Assembly: GCF_052425735.1 (NCBI RefSeq)
Contig: NC_135765.1
Span: 6,262,001-6,326,000 of the forward strand
Direction: 5' to 3'
Source: Oculina patagonica
Taxonomy: Eukaryota
DNA length: 64,000 bases
A program made the translations under genes and the position numbers. Under the pieces are notes generated by a model. It was not told where the DNA came from, did no database searches, and saw only the letters and a list, made by a program, of their open reading frames with translations. Shown in pieces: positions 49,524-60,465 of this stretch (position 1 is the first letter of the stretch; each line of letters opens with the position of its first letter).

Positions 49524-52500
49524 TCAAACAGTTTCTTTTATTTCCAGTTCTATGATCTGCTTCAAGCCAATCGATAGTGGCAAGTCTTCCTTGACTTCTT
49601 CCCACAGTTCCTTGAGGACATTGACAGTATTGATCTCTTTTTTGCGCAGCTCCGCCAGCACAGTTTTCGTAGATCCCTGGTCAGTCAGGTGGTGCCTTTT
49701 CATTAAACGGGCGAAAAACACCTCCACAGTCTCCACTCCACTGATAGGTCCTGGGGACATGTATATTTAATTAATTGGAATATTTTAGGACCGTAAACTT
49801 GTAAGAGGCAAGACAAGGCACTTGCCTCGACTAGATTTTAACCTCAAAGTAAAAGAAACACGTCCTGCTTGATAAACACCTTATAAAAATGCAAAAAATA
49901 GTGTCTCAGAGCTTCTAGATTTCAAAATTTTCTTTCCAGCGGACCCCGCTAACGGATCGTGCCTTCGACACACGACTTTTGCCTCGCCTTTGCCAAAATT
50001 CTGGCTACGGCCCTGTATTTTGGACAACGTTCATTAGCAATGTTCGGAAATTACTAAATTATTTGTTCTAACGTTCGGCTAAACATTCATACCGACAGAT
50101 TTGACTATAAATTGCTGCGAATTGCCGGATTCACATTCTCCTTTTTGCCCCCCTCCCATCACGCCACAGTAGAGTTCTAGAAAATCAAATCGCTAAGTTT
50201 TGTTGGGCGTCCTCATTTTTCTATGAAAATAGTTAGAGAAGGCTTTTTGTTTTGTAAAAACAAACAAACATTACAAACAAACAAACGAACAAACAAACAA
50301 GAAAAAGCATTCGGCTCGGAAGGGGAGAGTTGAAGGGGAAAGACGTTTTCTTATACAGTATACACAGAAAATCAAACTACGTTACCTCCAGCCATTGCTT
50401 CTCTCTCCAACTGATTTTTCTCTCGCTGTTTACGAATTCGTATGAAGCGTTCAGCAGAGAACAAAGCAGAATCTAAGATGTCAAGAGCCGTCTGTTCCAC
50501 AGCAAAGGACGTCTTATTATCATTGTGTGTGTAGTTTTTAATAAAGTACGTTCTCTCGCCGGGGCCACCAGTTGTTAGTCGCGCCCTATTTAAAGCTTTC
50601 TCTTTGTCCTCTTCAGTTCTTAGCCTGTCTAGGTAGGTAATCACAGTCACTGGAGTGTAACCTGTTAATTAAAATAAAACGCACACCTTAGCCTTGTCAA
50701 CCCAATCCTGAACCCAACCCATCAGTAACGTTCAGCCGTACGCAATCCTGCAAAAGAAAAAAAAAGATGGCTGCCGAAACGTTTACCTAAAACACTAAAA
50801 ATGTTCATAAACACGTTCACTTGGAACCTGACATACGAAATGGTGCTAGTACTGGGACGAAATGTGTTTTTTGTGCCTACAATTTGTATTAGGTTTGCAT
50901 GTTGTTTTGGTGAAATGTACGAACACCATCGGTTTTACTTATGGTGGATATCTATAGACTAAAATCAGTAACGCAAGTTAGTTGCGTCGCTCCGTAAGAA
51001 CGCCTCGTCCCCAGGCGTCGCTCCTTGGTCGTGCGCGGTGCACTTTGTTTTGTGGGATTGATAGTGTGCCGTTCGCTTGGCGTTGTGGGACTGATGCAAA
51101 CGGGAGGGCGGCGGTTCGCACCCTAACCACCTTCCCCCGCGCTGTTTTCTCGCCTTCCGCCTGGCCAAACGGCGCCCGGGGACGAGGTAGAAACAAAAAC
51201 AAAAAAAGGATTATTTTTTATCGTTGATTTATCTAGTTATTACCATTTGTCTGAAAGTGGCCCCTGATCTTCTGAAGTGTTTCTTTGTAAGTGCCTTCCT
51301 CCAATCGAGGATCGTTTGCCTTCAAAACGAAAATCACAGCGTGTGCATATTTAGAGAACGCTGGGGGTTTTCTTGCCACGGCGACTGGCTCCCGACGTCC
51401 ATCGTCATGCTTCTTTCCAGGGTTGTCATAGTCTCTTATGACTTCTTCTCCAATGCGAATTCTTCAATAAAAAAAATAAAGAAACTCAGGTCTGAAGTAA
51501 TAAGATGTCGTTTAATTCTGGATTCTGTAGCATTAAGTACCTAGGTATATTACTATCTTCCCTGGAAAGGATAGTAGTCCATTGTAGGTGACCCTGTCCA
51601 AACTGGGCAAGGTTGTCAGATTGCTCTTACAGTTTTTACGTTCGCCGGTTCCCGTTTGTATGAGAGACCCCCATCAGAGACCCCCATTAGAGTAAGCCTG
51701 TGTTCTCACTTGGTGCCTTGACACGGTGCCCGAGTACGATTCTCGCTGGACACTTATGTGAACATACTATCTTTTCAAGTATTTACTCCATAATTCGGAC
51801 ACGGTGCCTGTGCTTGATGAGACCTTGCACTCCGGCACGTAAAGCTACTTAAGGGTACTTGGGTACTTTGGTTTTCTGTGTCTAAACACGACGCTAGTTT
51901 TTGCCGGTGCTCAGGTACCAGTGCTCGTGCACTGAGTGTGAGCACGGCCTAAGATTTTTAAAAGAGTCATCTCTAAAAACAATACAAGACCCGGTCATGA
52001 CTAAACTGAACCCAAACGAGGTAAACTGATAAAGTGCTTGAGAAAGTCAGATTTGGTAACAAAGCAATTTTGAGATATTCTTGAAATTCCCTTTTTATAA
52101 TATGAACTAAATGACGGCCACACGCGACCCTCCCACTCACTCTCACTCAAGCCCTTAGCCCTGGGTAAAGCATATAATAGGCCACTGACGACCCCCATCC
52201 TCCATCGGCTTCTGTCCTGGGCCAGCCTTTCCAGTGTGGTCCAGGTGTGGCCGCAATCGACCCTTCCACTACAATATACAAATAACTGACCCATAAAACA
52301 CATTACCTTCCCGTCATAATGTTGAGACATTCATCAAGAAGCTGTTCGTCACGCGCAAAAAATCCTCTGGTGTCCACCATTCGAATTTTTTTCTGCACGT
52401 AGTATTCTTCGAGAATAATATTGCCCTCTCCTCCTGTTCCTTGCTCAAAGGCGACCTGAGGCTCGCCGATAGCTCGCTGCAACGTGCCTAGTCAAGCCAA

Positions 52501-53967
52501 AGAAATCCAAAATTTAATTAGCAATTGTATTCTGATATAAGAAGGGCAAATACTACACTCCGTAGATACACTTTACAGTACTGCAGTTTCGCTGATTAAC
52601 CGATTGCCCCGATGTGTTCATGGTATATGGCAAGCTTAAGACAAATGGGAGACTACCTACTTTTCTACTTTCAAAGTAGGTAGTCTCCTTAGTGTGAAAG
52701 ACCCCATCCCTTGTGGTCTCCCAGGATCATGTGTGGTTAATAAATTCTCGTGTGCATGCTGTGCAGCTTGCTATGCCGGTGAAACCTAACGATAATTCAT
52801 CACACGTATAAGAGAACACCTAACAACGGACAAGGCATTGCACATTTTTAAACACCTTCCAAGCTCAGAAACATTCCACTCTGTTTTCTCACAGGCCAAT
52901 TTTAACATCATCGATCAGGCCTCCTCAAAGTTTGCACGCAAGATCAAATTAAAGAAGCTCTTCTGAATCAAATCCGTTGGCTAAAACCAACACTTAACGC
53001 ACAAGCTCATCACGTTAATTTCAAACTTTCTGTTTAGTTTACTTATTGTTACTGTTCTAATTATTTCTATTATTATTGTAATATTCTTTTCTGTTTTTTC
53101 ATTTATTGTAACCTTGTTAAAATCACACTGGACATAGCAGATGGTTTTGCCGAAACATGTTTGCAAAACTCAAAGATGACGACTACCTTATAACATTGTA
53201 AAAGTACGAACGGGAATAAGATCTTCCCACTATCTTATATTTCTTTTGACTCTTTCGTTTTTATACACGATTTATTTCATATATTCATCATTCCATAGCA
53301 AACAAAGCTGTAGTTCGGGAGACCATTTTGTAGGGCCAAGAAAAAAGTTCAAGTCATAACTTAATTAGAGAGTTGTATGCGCCTAACAACGCTAATCAAA
53401 TCGTAAATAAACAGAGGTTTAAGGTGTGCTTCCTCTTCCTCAATGATTTACATGATATGCAACTGATAATGCCCGTAATGTAGCTATAATGCCCGTGATG
53501 TAGCTATATATAGCGTTTTACAGTCGACCAATGAGCACAAAGGAAATTTGACTCATAAAATGCAAAAACCTGTTCTTACCCACAAAACTGGTTTTTCCCG
53601 AACCTGTTGGTCCAATTAACGCAATGCGCACCAAATCAACGTCATCCACCTCCAAATCACGAAAAGCTTCTTTCTTAATTCTGGGGCACTTCTGAAAGTC
53701 GTAGTTCATCAGCTCGCTTTTAAGTTTGAGAAATCGTTCTTCTTCCTTTTGTTGTCTTTCTTTTTCCTCTCTTTCCCGTCTTTGGTGATCTAATTTTCTT
53801 CTTTCTTCCTCGTCTTCAAGTTTTGCGCTTGTTTCCGCGTCACGTAACGCTTGTTGACGCTGTTTCTCCATCTCGTCAAGCAGTTCTCTCATCTTCCCTT
53901 CATTTTCTTCTTGGGCTTTCCGCTGACCTTGCTCACTCGCTGCGGAATCTTCGCTTCCTGAATACCA
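49524..53967 (-). CDS. G5: coiled coil + IFI44-family GTPase + SAM-like domain (429 aa from these exons; start lies further upstream)
   Basis: Exons 53580-53967, 52307-52487, 51244-51461, 50386-50661, 49524-49750; same intron positions as G1/G2, 1290 nt open. GPTGSGKTS, DTRG, HAVIFV, VITYLD, FIKNY. Confidence 0.85.
52130..52250 (-). mobile_element. RTE LINE 3'-terminal fragment
   Basis: WTTLERLAQDRSRWR motif followed by a GAGT-repeat tail. Confidence 0.65.
52710..53180 (+). mobile_element. Decayed Penelope-like element (GIY-YIG endonuclease remnant)
   Basis: Translates with stops and shifts as VVNKFSCACCAACYAGET..TRIREHL..HIFKHL..FNIID..KEAL..KPTLN. Confidence 0.7.
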
Positions 53968-54814
53968 CTTATAAACAAAAACATAAACAAATGTATGATT
54001 TTTGAAATAACAAGGAAGCTGTAGTAGATAAGATAATACAAAGGACTTTTATGTTGTGTCCGGGGAAGGGGGGGGAGGGGGGGGGGGGGAGGAAGAAACT
54101 TCCTTTGTTACACCACTAAAAAATGCGGCATAGCGGTGCCGTGCAACCAAGTGTGCGCATTAGCTATCGAATGGTTGCTTAGGGCATAGTGAATAGCTTG
54201 ACAAAGTTCTTTGTTTGGCATGTTTTGGTCTTGACCGTGAGAGGTACATATCATGTAACTTTGTTGGAAATAAGATTGTCTTAAAATAACGATGCTGAAA
54301 AATGGTGTGAGTTAAATTAACAATGACGTAAAAACTACAATGATTCTGAAATGATTTACCATTTCAGTACACATTAATCAAGTAGAAGACAGCTGTTGAC
54401 TTGTTGTGAGGGGGATTTTACAGGAAAATCTCCGGTCAGGTTGAATGAAGGAAGGACATCCATGTTATATGTTAGTGAAGTGTCTCCAAGTTTGAAACTC
54501 AAATTAGACTTGTTGGAGTAGTGAATTATGCCCGCAGACAATTAATTTGGAGCCGTTTCTATTAAGGATAATTGAAGACGACATTTTGCAATAAGGGATT
54601 TTGAAGCATTTATTAAAGCTAAATGGTAAATTTTATTAGGGCAAAACAGCTGGATTGAAAAAAGTTGTTATTGCGCATTTATAACTAGTGCCAGCCCCAA
54701 ACCACGTGTTATTGCAAGGCAAGGCTATGGGTAGCATAATGTGAATAAATTCATTGTATCAAATCATGAAAATGAATAGCTTAGTAGTATGACCACTTGA
54801 TTACAGTATTTTTT

Positions 54815-54978
54815 AAGTAATAGTAGTAGTAGAAGGAGGAGGAGGAGGAGGAGGAGGAGGAGGAGGAGGAGAAGAAGAAGGACGAGGAGCGGTAGCGGCA
54901 GTGGCAGCGGCAATAGTAGTAGCAGCAACAGCATCAGTAGCAGCAGCAGTAGCGGCAGTGGCACTGGCAGAAGTAGTA
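54815..54978. repeat. Compound (AGT)(GGA)(GCA) microsatellite
   Basis: Directly visible trinucleotide runs. Confidence 0.9.
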
Positions 54979-55983
54979 TTCGTTGTGTTTAAAAAGACAT
55001 GGTTGGAAATTTCCCTTTGCAAGTTATCAAAACTTTTGTAAAAATAAATAGCTCTTCCCTTCAAGTACCTCCCCCCTGCCCTCCCCAAAATTGCCTTGAT
55101 AAGATACGTAACGTCCCTCTGAAATGGGCTTATTTTCGGTGAGGGCATATATACGGGTGTCTTATTTATTTTCGGGTGAAAATTTGCGTTTCCAAAGTAT
55201 TTGTTTTTCTATTTCGAAAGGATAATGTACTGGGGTTGAAACGTTTTTGGTGCATACAAAAATTCCACATGGTAAAATCCTTTAGTCATAAACACAAAAC
55301 AAGTCCTACACCCGTGAAACGAGCATTACAGGTTTTTGAGCATTCTTTATGCAACGTAAAAAACAAAAACAAGCTCTACAATAGGGGCTTATTATCGAAA
55401 AAGTTAAAAAATATCTTTCTTTAAGAGTTATTTATAATTATAAGCCCATAACCTTAACTACATTTCCTCAATTTGAAGTTGTGCTGATAAAGAAAAACAG
55501 AAAACACATGGCTAGGCTCAACGTCACGTTGGCGTGACACTGGTAGTGCGTGTCTTACTGGGTGCATCCATGCACGAACTATTTTCATTCTCACTGGAAT
55601 ACTTGGGAACTAATGAACAGAAGAAATAAAAATCGGAGCAAAGTGGCTTTTTATTTTTTTTAGTTGAGTTTACTGAACAGTAGCTGCCAGGAGCGGCTGT
55701 GAAGTGTAACTGAAACCGTTTTGGCAAAATAAACCATTTTAAAATACCGTGTTCAAGAAAGACTATACCGGGGGTTCAGTTCGTCTACAACGCAGGCCAA
55801 CTGCTTGTATAGTCATTACTGCTAGTATTAGTATAGTTACGAAGTTTGTGTCACTGATTCACATTGTAAAACCTCGAGTACAGTTTTTCTCAATACGGAC
55901 CTCCGGGGCGGCAAATAACATATTTATATCCCACGAGTCACTTGTACTTTCTCGGTATACACACGAGCCTTTAGGCGAGTGTA

Positions 55984-55999
55984 TAATAATAATAATAAC

Positions 56000-56068
<69 letters not shown>

Positions 56069-56076
56069 AATAATAA
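55984..56076. repeat. (AAT)n(GAT)n microsatellite
   Basis: Directly visible. Confidence 0.95.
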
Positions 56077-56341
56077 CAGGGAAAGTAAAGCTTCAGAAAG
56101 GCCTCCTGAGAGGAAAAACAAACTCGTGAATTCTTCACATGGGAAATACAAATTTGTACATTTAATGAAGCTTAGATGCAAATTTGTGGTGCATACCCAG
56201 AACGCCATGCAGTCTTGCCATTTAGCTTTAAGCTTTGACCCGACAACGTTTATTGAAATATATACATATTTACATATATACATTATAATACATTTTACAT
56301 ATAAATAGTAAAGTAATAAAGACTAATCTACAAATGATTTA

Positions 56342-57372
56342 CAGTGCGGCTACTGTAACCGGGGTCACCCAGACAAAGTTAGCTTCAGCCAATGAAATGT
56401 CGAGTACAGAACAAAGAAATTTCAACTTCTTCGTTCGCCACGAAAACAGATCGATACAAACTTTGGCTCCGGCGCTGAATTTTCAATTAATTTCAATTGC
56501 ATCCGTTTTGAACTTGAGTGGTTGTGACAGCAACATTTGGAAGGTAAATATTAGCGATGTTTATGTAAGAGAAGTTCGAAACTGTGTAAAAACGGGGAAA
56601 GAAACGACCCTATCGTCTGTGTCAAATGGTGCGTGGCGGAGTTCGCTCGTGACAATTTCAAGTTTTCTCTACGGCATCAACTGGAGTTTTGCTAGCTGTA
56701 CCATTTGGAAAATAAATACACGTGATGCTAGCGAAGGAAGACATTCTGCGCTGTATAACGTACCAGTGAAAGCGACGGTCATAGGTTAGGCAAAGTGCGT
56801 GGCGTATTTGCAAACAACGAAGCACATTACCAGCGTGATAAATTTAGTTTTCTGCGATGTCCAATCGTTGAGTTCCACCGAAAGCGTATCGGCCGTATAC
56901 ATCCGAAAGTTTCGGCAATTCAGCTAGCTTGAATAAACACGCAAAAACATAAGCTTCACGAGTGAACAAATACCAAAACTCCAGTTGATGCCGTAGAGAA
57001 AACTTGAAATTGTCACGAGCGAACTCCGCCACGCACCATTGACACAGACGATACGGTCGTTTCTTTCCCCGTTTTTACACAGTTTCGAACTTCTCTTACA
57101 TAAACATCGCTAATATTTACCTTCCAAATGTTGCTGTCACAACCACTCAAGTTCAAAACAGATGCAATTGAAATTAATTGAAAATTCAGCGCCGCCATAC
57201 GGCCAAAGTTTGTATCGATCTGTTTTCGTGGCGAACGAAGAAGTTGAAATTTCTTTGTTCTGTACTCGACATTTCATTGGCTGAAGCTAAAAATGTAGAA
57301 ATCTTTTGTTTCAGTTCTGCTTTGTGATTGGTTAACTTTGTCTGGGTGACCCCGGTTACAGTAGCCGCACTG
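56342..57372. mobile_element. Foldback-type TA-flanked element with ~350-bp inverted arms
   Basis: CAGTGCGGCTACTGTAACCGGGGTCACCCAGACAAAGTT at both ends in inverted orientation; arms ~56342-56690 and ~56975-57372 nearly identical apart from a short indel. Confidence 0.88.
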
Positions 57373-57719
57373 TAAAATATAATTTATCTAAGAATTAATA
57401 AAATATTTATAAATATGTAAAATATCCTACGATATAGTAAAATGATGAATATGATTATAATAAAGATGAGATGTTTAACATGACACGTGCATGGGACAAT
57501 CGAATCGAACCCATGGCCTCCCAGATAGGACTTCAAGAAATACTTATATAAAGACTTCACTTCAGAATTTCTAAACTAGAGCTACTCTTAATTTCATTGG
57601 GAAGCGAATTCCAAAACCTAGTGGCGGATACTTGAAAAGTCCTAGCACCTTCTGATTCTCTTTTATTTGTTTATATAATAAGAGAGTAGATTAACTATAG
57701 AAATTACATTAGCACCCAC

Positions 57720-58919
57720 ATTCTCCACATATTTGGTTTCAACCTCTTCCACATAGTCAAACACACATTTCAGCTTATTGGAGTCCATAAATGCACTCTG
57801 GTCAGCATCTTTCCACTGTTACGATTAAAAGGTGAAAAATACAGAAAAATTGTTAATGACCAAGAAACTCCCTCAGTTCTTTCTTTTGTTTATTTGGACC
57901 AAGATGATTAAGTCAATAGAGGTTGCGAAAAACTTTCCTAAACTCAAAATTTGTTATTGATACAATTAATTAATAACTGGACCTTGTGTTGTACAATTAA
58001 AAGACTAATTGCACTCATTATCTCAAATTGAAATTACTTGCCTGATTACTCCCCGGATTGTAATCCACTCAATACAATTATATTTGTACTATTGCTAATT
58101 ACCATAAGATTTATGAAAAAGATCTTGAGATGCATTTAATAAATGATTTTTATAACCCATTGGCGCCTGTGCCAGCCAAAACTGGCCCTGACGAACTTTT
58201 CCCTTTATTCCACTTCTGATGTCATCATCTTTGACCAAAAAAGGCATCACTTACTGAATACTCAATCTCTGCAGGAGGAAAAGGTTATTCCAATGATACT
58301 CAGATTAGAGTGACTGGGTCAATTGAGCTTGAAATGTACACAAAAAAAGTCTTAGAAATTTGAGTGAAAAACTCGTACGAAATTTGCCTCAACGACCCTT
58401 GGCTCCTCAATGGCAAGAATTTCCCGTTTGGGTGATGCTTCCATAGAAATTCTTGAACTGCAAGCAAGCCTAGTGGAAGGCCAACAACTGCAGCAAAAAG
58501 ATGAAAAAAGGAAAAGCGACGAAAAATAGAAAAACAAAAAGCCCGAAGTGGTAAGGCACTTACTCCTCCAAAAACTCAAAGTTTTTATTTGTGCGCATGC
58601 TTGAAGAAAAATGCCATAAAATGCAATGCTTGTGGAAAGAAAGGCATACTTTCATGTTGAAAATGCCGTTTCAAGTAATCCGGAACAGATTTAGCTCGTC
58701 TGACCAGAAAATGTCAAAAATGTCCAAAAAAATAACATAACTTTGCATAGTAGTACTGGTAGGGTTTGCAGCACTAGAATTCTTGCAGTGTAACACATTT
58801 TAAGCCATCACATACCAATGTTTCATGATCAACTTCTCCTTCTGGTGCAAACATTGTCTGGATCATGAATTTGTGTATGTTGTTTTCCTTTGGATCATAC
58901 TCAAATGGCTGCAACATCA
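57720..58919 (-). CDS. Two exons encoding the C-terminal half of a VAP-type MSP domain (58816-58919, 57720-57815); candidate 5' exons of G5 or a VAP gene relic
   Basis: [34 protein letters not shown] | [32 protein letters not shown] aligns with VAPA/B [26 protein letters not shown]...WKEAKPEDLMDSKLRCVFE (recalled); clean AG/GT ends; too short to appear in the ORF track. Confidence 0.78.
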
Positions 58920-60421
58920 CTAAATATTGACAAAACAACAATACTTAAGCAAACTGGACAAGTTATAAAGGTAACATGATGAACAACACTCTTGATAAAA
59001 TTATCCTAATTTAGACCTGACTTTTCACTGTACAATTTGCTAAGAACACTTCTAGAGCTACATTTGTAGTCAGAAGTGACAGAAAGATGCATAATGCCAA
59101 CTTTGCGAAATGCAAACCAAGCCCACTCCAGATGATACACCGACTTACACTATGTCCATAAAAAAGACTTAAGAACAAAATTAAGGTTTACTTTTTAAAT
59201 TATGTGGTTTGAAAAGGTGGCTGCTTATTTAACATTTGTGCAAAAATTGAACCACTGTTCTTTCTTAGTTAAATGCCTGGGGTATTAATTTATATTTACT
59301 CCTGTAGATCCATCATTAATTTGGGCCCAGAGTTTTACTGTGTAAGGAAATATTCTAGGAAGGTCATTTTAAGAAAATTCACAGGAGAGAAAATTTTGAA
59401 AGCCAAAGTTTTTTTTTCAACAAATGTGTGAAGCTAAACGAGAATTTCCAGAGGATGCAGGATGTGATAGGGGGTGGATATTTTCTGAAAAAAAGAAAAA
59501 CAACAACAACAAAAAAAACACATTAAACAAGAGGATTTTTCATCATTTGACAGCCTGGATGTTTGCCACTAATATTAAAGGTGGCTCGAGCCAGAATATT
59601 TCTAGCGATACCTACCAACTTTGAACCCCTTATACCTAAAGAGCTTAATGTCAATGACGTATCTATTATATCACATGGATTACACATAGACTGAACTGCA
59701 ATATGATATAAATATTTTGGAGATCGAAATGAACATCATGTGCGTTAATGTCACACAAGTTTTAGCTCAGAATCGAAGTTAAGCCCGTAGCCGCATTTTC
59801 TCTCGAGATCCTCCACACTACATATACCTTGGGTGTTTGGCTTCAGCTCTGCGGAGTTTCATCGAAATCTACAAGAGGAATTTTGAAATACCTTGGAATT
59901 TCTATTGAAATGGTATAATTTCTGCGTAACATAACGACAAGACTTCATATAAAGAAATTTGCTACTTTCTAATGTTTAATGAAAGTCTTTAGTTCTAATT
60001 CCTTTACAAATGTCCCATTTTACGTTATCCAAACCGTTAGAAGTAGGTAGACTTACGCGATTTCGAAAATATGAAAATATATGAATCAGAGTGAAGCTCA
60101 ATGTTGAGCTTTATTTACCTTATGTCAGTCTCGGGCCAAGCACACAGCGGTCAAACGCAGCGCGCGTGCGCAGTTGCTGTGTTATTCCCGTCAAAATTCT
60201 TCATACAAAGTCTTAAATTTTCCGAAAACTTTCGCTTTAAAGCCAAAAGTTAACGCCGTCCCTGGAAAGTTAAGGTTTATACGCCGCTTATGGATTGGAA
60301 ATTTGATAATTCATCTCCACTGAGTGTCCCAGCTTGAACTGTTCTTTCACCGTACCATTTCTTTAACAATTTCTTGCAAAAGTTAGCCCACTTTCGAGTC
60401 AAAAGTTCGAAGCGGCAAAGA

Positions 60422-60436
60422 CCGGATGTGACGTCA
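60422..60436. promoter_or_regulatory. ETS-like plus CRE composite CCGGATGTGACGTCA, candidate promoter for the MSP-G5 transcript
   Basis: Perfect TGACGTCA next to CCGGATGT; downstream on the minus strand are donors near 60056 and 60118 and a clean 41-nt exon-like segment 59828-59868. Confidence 0.4.
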
Positions 60437-60465
60437 ATTTTTCCGTTTGACCGCTGTGAACGGGC

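Noticed and set aside
55400-55609. Possible VAP linker or coiled-coil exons (VPKYSSENENSS...; VVKVM)
   Set aside because: The S/T-rich piece has an acceptor but no recognisable homology and an ambiguous phase; the VVKVM match overlaps a gggcttat-type repeat end and is flanked by stops. Kept only as an alternative splice target.
54764-56308. Poly-L, poly-P, poly-N/D and poly-I ORFs
   Set aside because: Translations of trinucleotide microsatellites.
56334-57198. Two ORFs with identical peptide on opposite strands
   Set aside because: A by-product of the foldback element's inverted arms.
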